Source of the DNA: Patescibacteria group bacterium
Lineage (GTDB): Bacteria > Patescibacteriota > Minisyncoccia > Moranbacterales > DUUL01
NCBI GenBank assembly: GCA_034660175.1
Contig: JAYEIQ010000006.1
Span: 10,201 to 74,200 of the forward strand
Direction of reading: 5' to 3'
DNA length: 64,000 nucleotides
The notes beneath the pieces were generated by a model, which was not told the DNA's origin, ran no database searches, and was given only the letters and a program-made list of their open reading frames with translations. Shown here piece by piece: positions 30,232 through 42,774 of this stretch. The first letter of the stretch is position 1; the number at the start of each line of letters is the position of its first letter. A program made the position numbers and the translations under genes.

Positions 30232-30754
30232 TGTTTCTGACGTTCAATGAGGTCTGAAAAGGTTTCATTTGAACACACAGGGGATGGAAACAAATGAGGT
30301 ATATGTTGAATGTGGGAAGCCGCCATAAAAAATATCGATAAGATATACATGCAAAACAAAATCACAGTAACTGAATATTTTAGCGGCTGACAATCAACTC
30401 AGATTTGTTTCGACAAGGCCGCTTTGAGAGCGGTTTTTTGATTGAAAAGTTTTGCGCAAGAAGTTCCATAAAAATCAGGAAAAAGAAGATCTAGCAATAG
30501 GGGTTGGGCAGACGGGTCGTCGCATTGGCGATACTCGCGAAGACTGCTCCCTCTTTTGGTGGATCTTTTGCACAGTCGACAGGCCATTATGTTTTGTGAA
30601 AAAATGAAATGGAACCCTCGGCTCACAACGGATCTCATACTTTGATAATCAAATAGTAGTAGATACATATATCCCATATATATGTATCAAGTAGCAATAA
30701 CAATAGGTTTGCAAATAGTTAAAGTTCAATCTTTGCTATTTGCTAGTCATGTAG

Positions 30755-34054
<3,300 letters not shown>

Positions 34055-34361
34055 TCCAACTGACCATTTTCATTTAGGTTGATAGGAAAAATTGTATATT
34101 TAGCTAGAATATATTGCTTTGGAGTTCAAAAAATTCGCAAATGTATTTAATATACGTAGAGAATTTTTTAAACGAAAAGCATACAGACTGGTTGAAGATG
34201 CGGTTTTTAACATTAATCTAAATGTAAATGGTCAGTATACATGGCTTGGCATTTGAGTTTATACTTTTTTGTATAAGTTCTTCCGCCGGGCTAAATGACT
34301 AGCAATTAAGAAAGATTGAATGAGTTTATATCAAAAGTAAGCTCTTAATTAGATAATTTTG

Positions 34362-34860
34362 TCTTGGTGGTCCTTGTGGGATGGGTACACCTGTTTCTCC
34401 GCTCAAGAAGTGGCGGACAGATATCCCTATATCGTTTTCACTGTGCTTGGTGCTTTTTGCGGAGTGGGTACACCTGTCCTACTTCGTTTCGTCAAGACGG
34501 AACTACGAAGGATAAATTTCCATCCTTTACCACGTACCATTTAAATTCAGTGTCCTTGGTATCTTTTGCGAGAGGGGTACACCTGTTTCCATCCCGAACA
34601 CAGAAGTTAAGTCTCTCAGCGCCGATGGTAGTCGTAAGGCAAGAGTAGGTCGGTGCCAAGGACAGTGGATTTAAATATCAAATGGTATACTGTGGCGAAC
34701 ACAGAAGTTAAGCACTCTGGCGTTGATGGTAGTCACAAGGCAAGAGTAAGTCAATGCCAAGCACAATGCAAACAAGCTGAGCCGACTTGTCTTGCCAAAG
34801 CCAAAGCGAAAGCGTCGGCGGGTGGTAGCCTCAAGGCAAGAGTAGGTTGTCGCCAAGACA
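34362..34860 (+). repeat. Array of decayed partial 5S rRNA copies flanking the intact 5S. Two 5'-half-like copies lie upstream and two 3'-part copies lie downstream.
   Basis: 5'-half copies: CTTGGTGGTCCTTGTGGGATGGGTACACCTGTTTC at about 34362 and CTTGGTGCTTTTTGCGGAGTGGGTACACCTGTCC at about 34445. 3'-part copies: GCGAACACAGAAGTTAAGCACTCTGGCGTTGATGGTAGTCACAAGGCAAGAGTAAGTC at about 34693 and AGCGTCGGCGGGTGGTAGCCTCAAGGCAAGAGTAGGTTGTCGCCAAGACA at about 34811. Confidence 0.6.
34552..34665 (+). rRNA. rrf: 5S ribosomal RNA
   Basis: Contains ...CCTGTTTCCATCCCGAACACAGAAGTTAAG...GCCGATGGTAGT... with terminal helix TCCTTGG/CCAAGGA. Confidence 0.7.
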
Positions 34861-34946
34861 AAGTCATCCCATCAAGGGGTGTTTTTTTGATTTGAGCCAT
34901 TTTTAATGCTATAATTAAGTATTAAATAAAATGTTAAGAAAGTAGC

Positions 34947-35786
34947 ATGGCACAAAGAGATGTTAAGAGATTTTTTATACTGATTGTTTATTTTCTTTTT
35001 CTTTTTCTTTTCTTGTTTGTCGTTTATTTTTTGTTTAAGGCAGATCCATCTTGTTTTGATGGAAAGCACAATCAGGGAGAAGATGCAACTGATTGTGGTG
35101 GTCCATGTGTTCCTTGTTCTGAGATAATAAAGCTTCAGCCGATTAAAATCGAGTCTGTTGAATGGATTCATGATATAGAAAATAAATATGATGTGGTTGC
35201 AGAAGTGGTCAATCCAAATGATGTGTTTGGTGTTGTGATGGTTCGTTATCAGGCAAAAGTGAAAAATGGATCAGAGGGAATGTCTTATGAAAGCAAGTGG
35301 CAGGAGAGTTTTATTTTGCCAGGAGAGTCTAAATATCTTTTTGTTCAAGGGTTTGAAATAGATGCTTCGTTGGGTGATTCTGCGAACATTGAAGTTATAA
35401 TTGACGAAGACTCTGTTGTTTGGGAAAAATTTAAAAGCTATGAAGAACCAAACTTGATCATAAACAATCCAGGCTATGAAGAAGTTAGTGGGGGTGGTGT
35501 TGGTTTTGGAAGAGCATTTGGCACAATCATCAATCGAAGTAATGTTGATCTTGAGATTGTTCGAGTGAAAGTTTTGCTGTTTGATGACAAAGGCAAACTT
35601 CTAGCAGTCAATTCTCAGATCATGAATACATTGACAGCAGGAGAATTTAGGGATTATGTAATAAATTTCCCACACCGTTTTCCTGGATCTGTTTCCAATG
35701 TTAAGGCTTTTCCAGAGTCAAATCCTTTTGATTCAGAAAACTACATTCGTGTTTATGGAAGGCCAGATAAGTGGGACGAGAGGTAG
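34947..35786 (+). CDS. N-terminally anchored extracytoplasmic hypothetical protein
   Basis: A 279-aa ORF with an N-terminal transmembrane segment (ILIVYFLFLFLFLFVVYFLF) and a Cys cluster CGGPCVPC. Confidence 0.4.
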   Translation: MAQRDVKRFFILIVYFLFLFLFLFVVYFLFKADPSCFDGKHNQGEDATDCGGPCVPCSEIIKLQPIKIESVEWIHDIENKYDVVAEVVNPNDVFGVVMVRYQAKVKNGSEGMSYESKWQESFILPGESKYLFVQGFEIDASLGDSANIEVIIDEDSVVWEKFKSYEEPNLIINNPGYEEVSGGGVGFGRAFGTIINRSNVDLEIVRVKVLLFDDKGKLLAVNSQIMNTLTAGEFRDYVINFPHRFPGSVSNVKAFPESNPFDSENYIRVYGRPDKWDER

Positions 35787-35978
35787 ACTGATAAAACAAA
35801 AAGAATAGAAAAGAGGGAATTGTTGCAATAAAGATTTTTTGTTTGACATTTTTTCAAAGTGAGTGTATTCTTTGAGTATAAAAATACAAGTTGAAAACCG
35901 CCGAAAGGCTGTTTTTTAAACCAAGAAACTGTCTAAAAAGCTCATTTTCTGTTACAAATCTCAGGTTCCGGCTACAAA

Positions 35979-36004
35979 TTGTTCATTGCTTGTTGGTGTA
36001 TAAT
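35979..36004 (+). promoter_or_regulatory. Putative promoter for secE-nusG, with a -10 TATAAT carrying an upstream TG
   Basis: GGTGTATAAT at 35995-36004. No good -35 is present. Confidence 0.3.
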
Positions 36005-36097
36005 TATACAATCTCTTTGCAATTCACAATTTTTGCACGGAATCTGGAATTTTCACGACGAAAGAGGCTTATCAGACAGTTTCTGATCAAAAAAGAT

Positions 36098-36280
36098 ATG
36101 AATAAAGCAATATCGTTTGTAAAAGAGGCCTATGTGGAGCTCAAAAAAGTAAATTGGCCATCAAGAAAGCAAACAATCAACTATACTTTGGTTGTTATTG
36201 GTGCAAGCATCGCAGTTGCCGTTTTTCTTGGAATCCTTGATATGTTTTTTTCTTCAGTTATTGAGAAATTTTTGCTTTAA
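36098..36280 (+). CDS. secE: Preprotein translocase subunit SecE
   Basis: A 60-aa protein with one transmembrane helix (VVIGASIAVAVFLGILDMFF) and a KKVNWPS motif. It lies directly upstream of nusG. Confidence 0.7.
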   Translation: MNKAISFVKEAYVELKKVNWPSRKQTINYTLVVIGASIAVAVFLGILDMFFSSVIEKFLL

Positions 36281-36321
36281 GCCTTTTTTGAAGATAAGAG
36301 TAAAAAATAATTTTTTATGTC

Positions 36322-36867
36322 ATGGCAAAACAAACGCAACATCATGGACGAGCATGGTATGTGCTACACACATACAGTGGGTATGAAGACACTGTATCAC
36401 GTAATCTCAAGCAAAGAATAGAATCTATGGGCATGCAAGATAGAATTTTTGATGTGATGGTTCCCAAGGAGAAGAAGATAAAAATCAGAAATGGAAAACG
36501 CTATGTTGTCGAAGAAAGGATATTTCCTGGATATGTGCTGGTGAACATGGTTGTGACTGATGACTCTTGGTATGTGGTGAGAAACACTCCAAACGTGACG
36601 GGATTCATCGGAATGGGAACGACTCCAACTCCTGTTAATCCCAAAGAGATTGGCGGACTCAAGAAAAGAATGGGTGTTCAAGAGCCTAAATACAAAGTTG
36701 ATGTTGCTAAGAATGATTCAGTGAAGATTATTGACGGACCTTTCAAAAATTTCGAAGGTAAGGTTGACGAAGTTGATAACGAGAAAGGGAAAATTAAAGT
36801 GTTAGTGAGTATTTTTGGAAGAGAAACGCCTGTTGAGCTTGATTTTTTGCAAATCAAGAAAGTATAA
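36322..36867 (+). CDS. nusG: Transcription termination/antitermination factor NusG
   Basis: N-terminal NGN domain (WYVLHTYSGYE) and C-terminal KOW (VKIIDGPFKNFEGKV). Confidence 0.9.
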   Translation: MAKQTQHHGRAWYVLHTYSGYEDTVSRNLKQRIESMGMQDRIFDVMVPKEKKIKIRNGKRYVVEERIFPGYVLVNMVVTDDSWYVVRNTPNVTGFIGMGTTPTPVNPKEIGGLKKRMGVQEPKYKVDVAKNDSVKIIDGPFKNFEGKVDEVDNEKGKIKVLVSIFGRETPVELDFLQIKKV

Positions 36868-36905
36868 AGAAACATCAGTAATTCAAATTAGTTAATAACA
36901 AGAAA

Positions 36906-37331
36906 ATGGCAAAGAAAGTAGAAACTATTATCAAATTGCAAATCAGAGCAGGTCAGGCAAATCCAGCGCCTCCAGTTGGTCCTGCATTGGGTCAGCATGG
37001 CTTGAATATTCAAGATTTTTGCACAAGATTCAATGATGCAACAAAGGAACTGGGTGGAGATGTTATTCCTGTAGAAATTAGCGTGTATGATGACAGAAGT
37101 TTTGATTTTGTGCTCAAGTCACCACCAGCAGCAGAGCTATTGAAAAAAGCCGCAAACGTGAAAAAGGGCGCAGCAAACCCGCTGACCGATAAGGTGGGAA
37201 CAGTCACAAAGGAACAAGTCAGAGAAATTGCCGAAAAGAAAATGCAAGATCTGAATGCGAATGACACCAGTGCCGCGATGAAGATTGTTGGAGGAACTGC
37301 TCGATCAATGGGGATAAAGGTAGAAGAATAA
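36906..37331 (+). CDS. rplK: 50S ribosomal protein L11
   Basis: [26 protein letters not shown] is present. Confidence 0.95.
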   Translation: MAKKVETIIKLQIRAGQANPAPPVGPALGQHGLNIQDFCTRFNDATKELGGDVIPVEISVYDDRSFDFVLKSPPAAELLKKAANVKKGAANPLTDKVGTVTKEQVREIAEKKMQDLNANDTSAAMKIVGGTARSMGIKVEE

Positions 37332-37394
37332 TTAATATAATAACAAGTGGGAGCTCGAGCAATTTATTTGACCTAGCGCAGACCACTAAAGATA

Positions 37395-38072
37395 ATGAGA
37401 AGAGGAAAAAACTACAAGAAAGCGCAGGAATGTTTTGAGCAAATCAAAGCATATTCTGTCGATGAAGCACTTGAGATTTTGTCGAAGTTTCCAAAGACGA
37501 AATTTGACGAATCTGTCGAAGTTCACGTTAGGTTGAATCTTGATTCAAAAAAATCAGATCAGCAAGTAAGGGGAACTGTCAATCTTCCTCATGGAACTGG
37601 CAAAACACTTCGTATCGCTGCCTTTACTGAGACTCAGGTAACAGAAGCGAAAAAGGCTGGTGCCGATTTGGTTGGTGGTGAGGAACTGATTGAAAAAATT
37701 AGCAATGGTAAAGTGGATGATTTTGAAGTTGCTGTTGCAACTCCCGAAATGATGCCAAAGTTAGCGAAAGTTGCCAAAATTCTTGGACCGAAAGGCTTGA
37801 TGCCAAATCCAAAATCAGAAACAGTAGGACTGAAAATTACTCCAATGATAGAAGGTCTCAAAAAGGGAAAAGCAAGTTTCAAGAATGATAATGGCGGAAA
37901 TATTCATCAGGTTGTCGGAAAAAGATCATTTGATGTGGGGCAATTAAAAGAGAACACCGAAGCTTTTTTGAAGAGCATACGAAAGATGAAACCAACAGCA
38001 GTTAAAGGGAAACTAATAAAGAAAGTAACTGTTACTGCAACGATGAGTCCATCAATAACAGTTAAAGCTTAA
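37395..38072 (+). CDS. rplA: 50S ribosomal protein L1
   Basis: [13 protein letters not shown]...[11 protein letters not shown] is present. Confidence 0.95.
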   Translation: MRRGKNYKKAQECFEQIKAYSVDEALEILSKFPKTKFDESVEVHVRLNLDSKKSDQQVRGTVNLPHGTGKTLRIAAFTETQVTEAKKAGADLVGGEELIEKISNGKVDDFEVAVATPEMMPKLAKVAKILGPKGLMPNPKSETVGLKITPMIEGLKKGKASFKNDNGGNIHQVVGKRSFDVGQLKENTEAFLKSIRKMKPTAVKGKLIKKVTVTATMSPSITVKA

Positions 38073-38085
38073 ACTATCCAAAACC

Positions 38086-38250
38086 ATGGCACAAGATTTT
38101 CTTATCACAATGAAATGTACAAAGTGTAGCAACAGAAACTACTACACTTACAAAAACAAGAAAAAGATTCAAGAGAAACTTGAATTGAAAAAGCATTGTC
38201 CAAAATGCAAAGCACATACGATTCACAAGGAAACTAAGCTGAAAAAATAA
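38086..38250 (+). CDS. rpmG: 50S ribosomal protein L33 (zinc-ribbon form). It is absent from the supplied ORF track because it is shorter than 60 aa.
   Basis: Hand translation gives [54 protein letters not shown]. This matches the L33 consensus C-x-x-C-x-x-RNY-x-T-x-KNK...LELKK-x-CP-x-C-x-x-HT-x-HKE. Confidence 0.8.
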   Translation: MAQDFLITMKCTKCSNRNYYTYKNKKKIQEKLELKKHCPKCKAHTIHKETKLKK

Positions 38251-38301
38251 GTATAGTTGATTTTAAGCAACTTGAGCGGGAATAATTTAGACAACGTCCA
38301 T

Positions 38302-38372
38302 GCGGGTGTCGTATAGTGGTAATACGTCGGTCTCCAAAACCGATAACGGGGGTTCGATTCCCTCCACCCGTG
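38302..38372 (+). tRNA. tRNA-Trp (anticodon CCA). No CCA 3' end is encoded.
   Basis: Acceptor stem GCGGGTG/CACCCGT, anticodon loop CTCCAAA, T-loop GGTTCGATTCC. Confidence 0.85.
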
Positions 38373-38376
38373 CAGA

Positions 38377-38413
38377 AAGACAAAAGCCATTCCTTCAGGG
38401 ATGGTTTTTGTCT
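38377..38413 (+). terminator. Long imperfect hairpin after tRNA-Trp, which may act as a terminator
   Basis: AGACAAAAGCCATTCC-TTCAG-GGATGGTTTTTGTCT. Confidence 0.4.
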
Positions 38414-38684
38414 TGTGTTCAAGAGGGAATCGAACGGGCAACAACGAGTCGTGAGCGGAGGCGAACAGATGAGTGCCGCCGGAAGCGGACGAGCTTTCGG
38501 CGTTGCCCTGGACAACGATCTCGCCTTGGGGCGGGAGAGGCGAAATTCCCTCCACTCGTGCATTGAAATTCGAACTGGAAAGAGACTTGGAAAAGGTCTC
38601 TTTTTTGATTCTAATTTTTTAGAGAATAAAAAAACTGTCTTAATGCAATTGTGCCAAAACGGTTTTTGGTTCAAGATTGAAAAA

Positions 38685-39236
38685 TTAGACTCTTTTAAGT
38701 ATAAATTCTTTGAATTTCAGAAGGGCGATTTTTCGCATGGATATTTCATTCTTTTCGTCCGCGGTCATTTCGGCGTATGTTTTGCCATGGCCATCAGGAA
38801 TGAAAATTGGATCATATCCGAATCCGTTTTCTCCTTTCAGGGATTCCGATATTTCTCCCTTGATAGTTCCGGTGAAAGTGAATACCCCGGTTTGGTCAGC
38901 ATAGGCGATACAAGTGCAAACCGAAGCTTTGCGATTTTTCTCGCCGGAGAGAATCTTGAGAATACCTTCAGGCTTGAGATTGTCCAAAAACCATGTGACT
39001 AATGCGCCTGGCAGTCCATTGAGAGTATCAATGCTCATCCCGGTATCATCAACAATAACAGGTGAATTGGTCAACTTGAAAGCTGATAACGCCTTTACTT
39101 TGGCGACTTCTTCCACATCCAGCGATTGGATTTCAAGAATATCCAGATTCTTTGTTGACACGTCAAGTCCAGTTATTGCCACAACCTCTTCGGCTTTTTT
39201 GTTGTTTCCGGTGATAAATAAGATTTTTTTCTTCAT
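38685..39236 (-). CDS. rdgB: Non-canonical purine NTP pyrophosphatase (RdgB/Ham1 family)
   Basis: KILFITGNNKKAEE...VIVDDTGMSIDTLNGLPG...GFGYDPIFIP matches the Ham1/ITPase motifs. The start was taken at the internal Met (MKKKILF). Nucleotide coordinates follow the supplied ORF track. Confidence 0.85.
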   Translation of the reverse strand: MKKKILFITGNNKKAEEVVAITGLDVSTKNLDILEIQSLDVEEVAKVKALSAFKLTNSPVIVDDTGMSIDTLNGLPGALVTWFLDNLKPEGILKILSGEKNRKASVCTCIAYADQTGVFTFTGTIKGEISESLKGENGFGYDPIFIPDGHGKTYAEMTADEKNEISMRKIALLKFKEFILKRV

Positions 39237-39432
39237 AATGTGTTTCCTTTTCTTATTATCTTGAATTGTATTTGCAATAAAGCTTCTTGTCAAAACGGAT
39301 AAGTTTAATGTGCTTGTTTCTTTGATCTGCTCCAGTATTTTCTTGCCAGCCTGTTGTTCTAACTAACCTCTTTTTCGTTTTGACACTAACAGTTTTGTTG
39401 ATATACTAGATAAGTATAAAAATGCCTTATTT

Positions 39433-40059
39433 ATGAAGATATTGGACAGGATAAAACTTGATAGATTTTTCTTCTTGGGGCTTTTTGTTCTTTTCAGCGT
39501 TTTCGCAAATCAATATGTCAATTTTGTTCGTTGGCAAGATCCTTTAGAGATTCTTTGGTTTTGTGATATGACTGCAGTTTTTTTAGGTGCCGGTCTCATT
39601 TTCAGGAGTAAAAAAATTGTAACTCTGACTTTGGTCATGGCCATCCCAGCTCAATTTTTGTGGATTGTAGATTTCTTTTTGGAGCTATTTGGTGATGGAA
39701 TGGGAAGAACTGCTCAGCTCTGGAGTTATGGAGATGTAGTTTTTTGGTTTTCTGTCAATCTTCATGCTGTTCTTATCCCAATTTCTTTTTATGCTGTTTG
39801 GAATCTTGGTTTTGATAAAAAAGTTTTGGGATATGTTTTGGTTTATGTTTTATTATTGTTGGTTGTAACGTATTTAATGACAGAGCCAGTAGAAAACAGG
39901 AATTGTGTTTTCTATGGATGTGATTCTACTGATCCAGGAAGTGGATATTTGAGATACTTTGTTTTTGATTTTCTTATTCCCTGGCAACTTATTTTCATCG
40001 CTAGCTTCATTGTTCAAAAGAAAATCTTTTCTTTGTTGAAGAAAGACAAAAAGATTTAA
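39433..40059 (+). CDS. Hypothetical polytopic membrane protein
   Basis: A 208-aa ORF with 5-6 transmembrane helices. Confidence 0.4.
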   Translation: MKILDRIKLDRFFFLGLFVLFSVFANQYVNFVRWQDPLEILWFCDMTAVFLGAGLIFRSKKIVTLTLVMAIPAQFLWIVDFFLELFGDGMGRTAQLWSYGDVVFWFSVNLHAVLIPISFYAVWNLGFDKKVLGYVLVYVLLLLVVTYLMTEPVENRNCVFYGCDSTDPGSGYLRYFVFDFLIPWQLIFIASFIVQKKIFSLLKKDKKI

Positions 40060-40080
40060 GAGTAGGAGTATTATATAAAC

Positions 40081-40773
40081 ATGAAAAAACTTATACCTCT
40101 ATATATTGTGACTTTCGTAGTTGCTTTTTGTTCTCTTATGTATGAGCTGATTTTGGGTCAGACTCTGAGTGCTTTTTTGGGCAATACTGTTTTGCGTTAC
40201 AGTGTGACAATTGGTTTATACATGATGGCTATGGGATTTGGTGCGATGTTTGCAGAGGGAAAATTTACTGAAAAATCGAAGGAAAGCTTCATGAAAATAG
40301 AGCTAGCACTAACTGTTTTTGGGGGTTTTGTTGTTGTTATTTTCTTCTATTTGAGCTATTGGATCGGTGCAGAAGTGCTCTTTTCCTTCATTGTTCACAG
40401 TTTGATCATAGTAATTGGTGTGCTCACTGGTTTTGAAATACCACTCTTGATTGAAATGATGAAAGATTCGAGTAGCAAGGCTGAGGTTCAGGTTCTCGGC
40501 GTTGATTATCTAGGCGCATTTGTAGCTTCTTTGGTTTTTGCTTTTTTGTTCTACCCGAAGCTCGGATTAGTTAGTGCTGCGTTTATCACTGGAATTTTCA
40601 ATGCTCTTGCCGGTCTTTTGGTTTTCTTCAAGGTAAAGGCAAAAAATGACAAGCGAATAACGATGCGCAAGATCGCCTATTTCCAAGGTGCTTTAGTTTT
40701 GATTCTTCTTTTTTTTCTTCTTAACTCTGACACAATAAATAAATGTTTAATCGAGAGTTATTTAAATAAATAG
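40081..40773 (+). CDS. Membrane-domain-only paralog of the N-terminal domain of the downstream spermidine-synthase-like protein
   Basis: The N-terminus MKKLIPLYIVTFVVAFCSLMYELILGQTLSAFLGNTVLRYSVTIGLYMMAMGFGAMF parallels MSKKLLLIYFVTFVVAACSILYELLLANSISLIAGSTVVWYSVTIGVYLGAMGVGAFY of the next gene. Confidence 0.45.
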   Translation: MKKLIPLYIVTFVVAFCSLMYELILGQTLSAFLGNTVLRYSVTIGLYMMAMGFGAMFAEGKFTEKSKESFMKIELALTVFGGFVVVIFFYLSYWIGAEVLFSFIVHSLIIVIGVLTGFEIPLLIEMMKDSSSKAEVQVLGVDYLGAFVASLVFAFLFYPKLGLVSAAFITGIFNALAGLLVFFKVKAKNDKRITMRKIAYFQGALVLILLFFLLNSDTINKCLIESYLNK

Positions 40774-40777
40774 TTAT

Positions 40778-42661
40778 ATGTCCAAGAAACTTCTATTGAT
40801 ATATTTCGTCACCTTCGTTGTTGCGGCTTGTAGCATTCTTTATGAGTTGTTGCTTGCGAATTCTATTTCTCTTATCGCGGGAAGCACAGTTGTTTGGTAT
40901 AGTGTAACGATAGGTGTCTATTTAGGGGCGATGGGCGTTGGTGCTTTTTACAAAGATAAGATATTTGCTGATACTGAGCTATCACAAAAGCTGTTCAATA
41001 TTGAAGTGATTCTGTCAATTCTGGGAGGGATGGTTGCTGCACTTGTTTCGTTGTCGTATTCTCTTAGTGTCTATTTTATTTCTCTTTATTGGGGCCAAAT
41101 GGCAATTGCCTTTTTCTTTTTTATGGGTATTACCTTGGTTTTTGCAGTAGGCTTTCTTTCTGGAATTGAATTACCGCTCTTGATGGAGATTGGGAATGAT
41201 CTTAATAAAGGAAAAAGAAGGATTTCGAACAGAATTCTTGGCGCTGATTATTTTGGTTCGTTGGCCGGTGCTGTGCTTTTCCCTATTGTTCTTGTTCCAA
41301 ATTTAAGTAGCTATCAAATTGGTTTTATAGTGGCACTGGCAAATGTTGTCATGGCTCTTGTTGTTTTGCTTTCCTTAGCGAGAAAAAAAAATAACACATC
41401 TTCTCGCAAAATAATTGGGTTAATTGTTTTGTTTGTTTTGGTCTTTGGTCTTTTTCGCAGTTGGCAAATCGAACAGTTTTTTGCAAAAAAATACTACTAT
41501 TATCTTGATGCAGGGGAGAGTTTTGGAGCTATTTTTTCAAAAATGAAAGATTATCCAGACATTGAGAGGATTCGTTCACCATATCAGCAAATAGACATTA
41601 TGGAGCCAGTCGAGTTCGGTCCTTCTGATTTTCTGGTTGGTTCATATTTTAACTATGAGAGCAATAATGATATCATTGACGAACGAATGGTATTTCTTAA
41701 TGGTGATTGGCAATTTGCTACATATGTGGAAAGGGTCTATCATGAATATTTTGCACATGTTCCAATGGGAGTTTCTGAGAATGTACCAAAAAAAGTACTC
41801 GTGCTTGGTGGTGGTGACGGGATGTTGATCCGTGAGCTTTTGAAATATTCCGAGATTGGGGAGATTGTGCATGTTGAGCTTGATGGAAAAATGATCGAGT
41901 TGGCAAAACAGCATCCGATCTTGAGCACTGCTAATAAGAATTCACTTCACAATGAAAAAGTGGACACCATTGTTGATGACGCCTTTCGCTATGTCAAGAG
42001 AACTGAAAGAGAATTCGACGCCATTTATATAGATTTTCCCGTACCAGCAGACTATAATATTTCAAAGGTTTATAGCAGGGAGTTTTACTTTTTTGTTGAA
42101 GACTGTTTAGCTGATGATGGTTTTCTTGTGATGTATGCGCCTGGTGTGGGATCATTTTCTGATTTCAACGAGGAAGGAAAGGTTATCCCAAATGAAGAGC
42201 TTTCACCTTGGTTTCAGTATTATCACACACTCAAATCTGCGGGATTTCAGACTATAGTTCCTTATCTTTCGCTCTTGGAAGTTGACAATCCAAACGCTTG
42301 GGAGGTCGCTGGCGAGCTTGTGGATATCCAGGAAGCAGAGGTAAACAAAGGAAAACCGATCGAAGAGATCAATGGATTGACTGAGGAGGAGAGATGGGGG
42401 AGAATTGAAAAGATGGTGCGTGCCCATGTGCTGAGTTTGGCTGAGAGCTTCATAATTGCCAGAAAAGATGAGGTTCATGTGTTCGGAGTTCACGAACATG
42501 ATGTTGAAACGATAATCGGTCCCAAGAGGATTCATCTTGCCTTCGATGTTCCGTTCACTAAGGATGAGGAAGTGAACTGGAGATATGTGAATTCGATAAT
42601 GAAACCAACGTTACCCCATTTTTCTGTTTGGAGAATTCGTTTTCCATACAAGATCAACTGA
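40778..42661 (+). CDS. Spermidine-synthase-like (PABS) aminopropyltransferase with an N-terminal multi-transmembrane domain
   Basis: An N-terminal roughly 200-aa transmembrane domain is followed by VLVLGGGDGMLIRELLKYSEIGEIVHVELDGKMIELAK...DAIYIDFP, the SAM-dependent PABS fold motifs. Confidence 0.7.
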   Translation: MSKKLLLIYFVTFVVAACSILYELLLANSISLIAGSTVVWYSVTIGVYLGAMGVGAFYKDKIFADTELSQKLFNIEVILSILGGMVAALVSLSYSLSVYFISLYWGQMAIAFFFFMGITLVFAVGFLSGIELPLLMEIGNDLNKGKRRISNRILGADYFGSLAGAVLFPIVLVPNLSSYQIGFIVALANVVMALVVLLSLARKKNNTSSRKIIGLIVLFVLVFGLFRSWQIEQFFAKKYYYYLDAGESFGAIFSKMKDYPDIERIRSPYQQIDIMEPVEFGPSDFLVGSYFNYESNNDIIDERMVFLNGDWQFATYVERVYHEYFAHVPMGVSENVPKKVLVLGGGDGMLIRELLKYSEIGEIVHVELDGKMIELAKQHPILSTANKNSLHNEKVDTIVDDAFRYVKRTEREFDAIYIDFPVPADYNISKVYSREFYFFVEDCLADDGFLVMYAPGVGSFSDFNEEGKVIPNEELSPWFQYYHTLKSAGFQTIVPYLSLLEVDNPNAWEVAGELVDIQEAEVNKGKPIEEINGLTEEERWGRIEKMVRAHVLSLAESFIIARKDEVHVFGVHEHDVETIIGPKRIHLAFDVPFTKDEEVNWRYVNSIMKPTLPHFSVWRIRFPYKIN

Positions 42662-42774
42662 CATCGAAATGCTTGAAATAATTTGAGAGAGTGCTATGAT
42701 GGACTGATGCAAAAAAGAAACTTGAAAAATTGGAGCTTACAAGAAATCAATCAAAGTGGCACAAGGAGGACAAT

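Noticed and set aside
35844-35915. Second candidate promoter (TTGACA, 17 nt, TATTCT) and a small GCCGAAAGGC hairpin upstream of secE
   Set aside because: The -10 match is weak and the hairpin is very short and is not followed by a clear T-run. Only the -10-like TATAAT at 35999 is reported, and that at low confidence.
38425-38570. tmRNA or SRP (4.5S) RNA hypothesis for the GC-rich island
   Set aside because: No tmRNA 5' GGGG acceptor, resume codon or tag ORF is present. There is no convincing SRP domain-IV motif: CCGGAAGCGGACGAGC only loosely resembles GGAAGGAAGCAGC. It is kept as an unclassified element only.
38316-39002. 228-aa + strand ORF and the small + strand ORFs at 38710-38904 and 38914-39264
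   Set aside because: These ORFs overlap tRNA-Trp and the GC-rich island and run antisense to the well-supported rdgB gene. Their composition is driven by the opposite-strand coding sequence.
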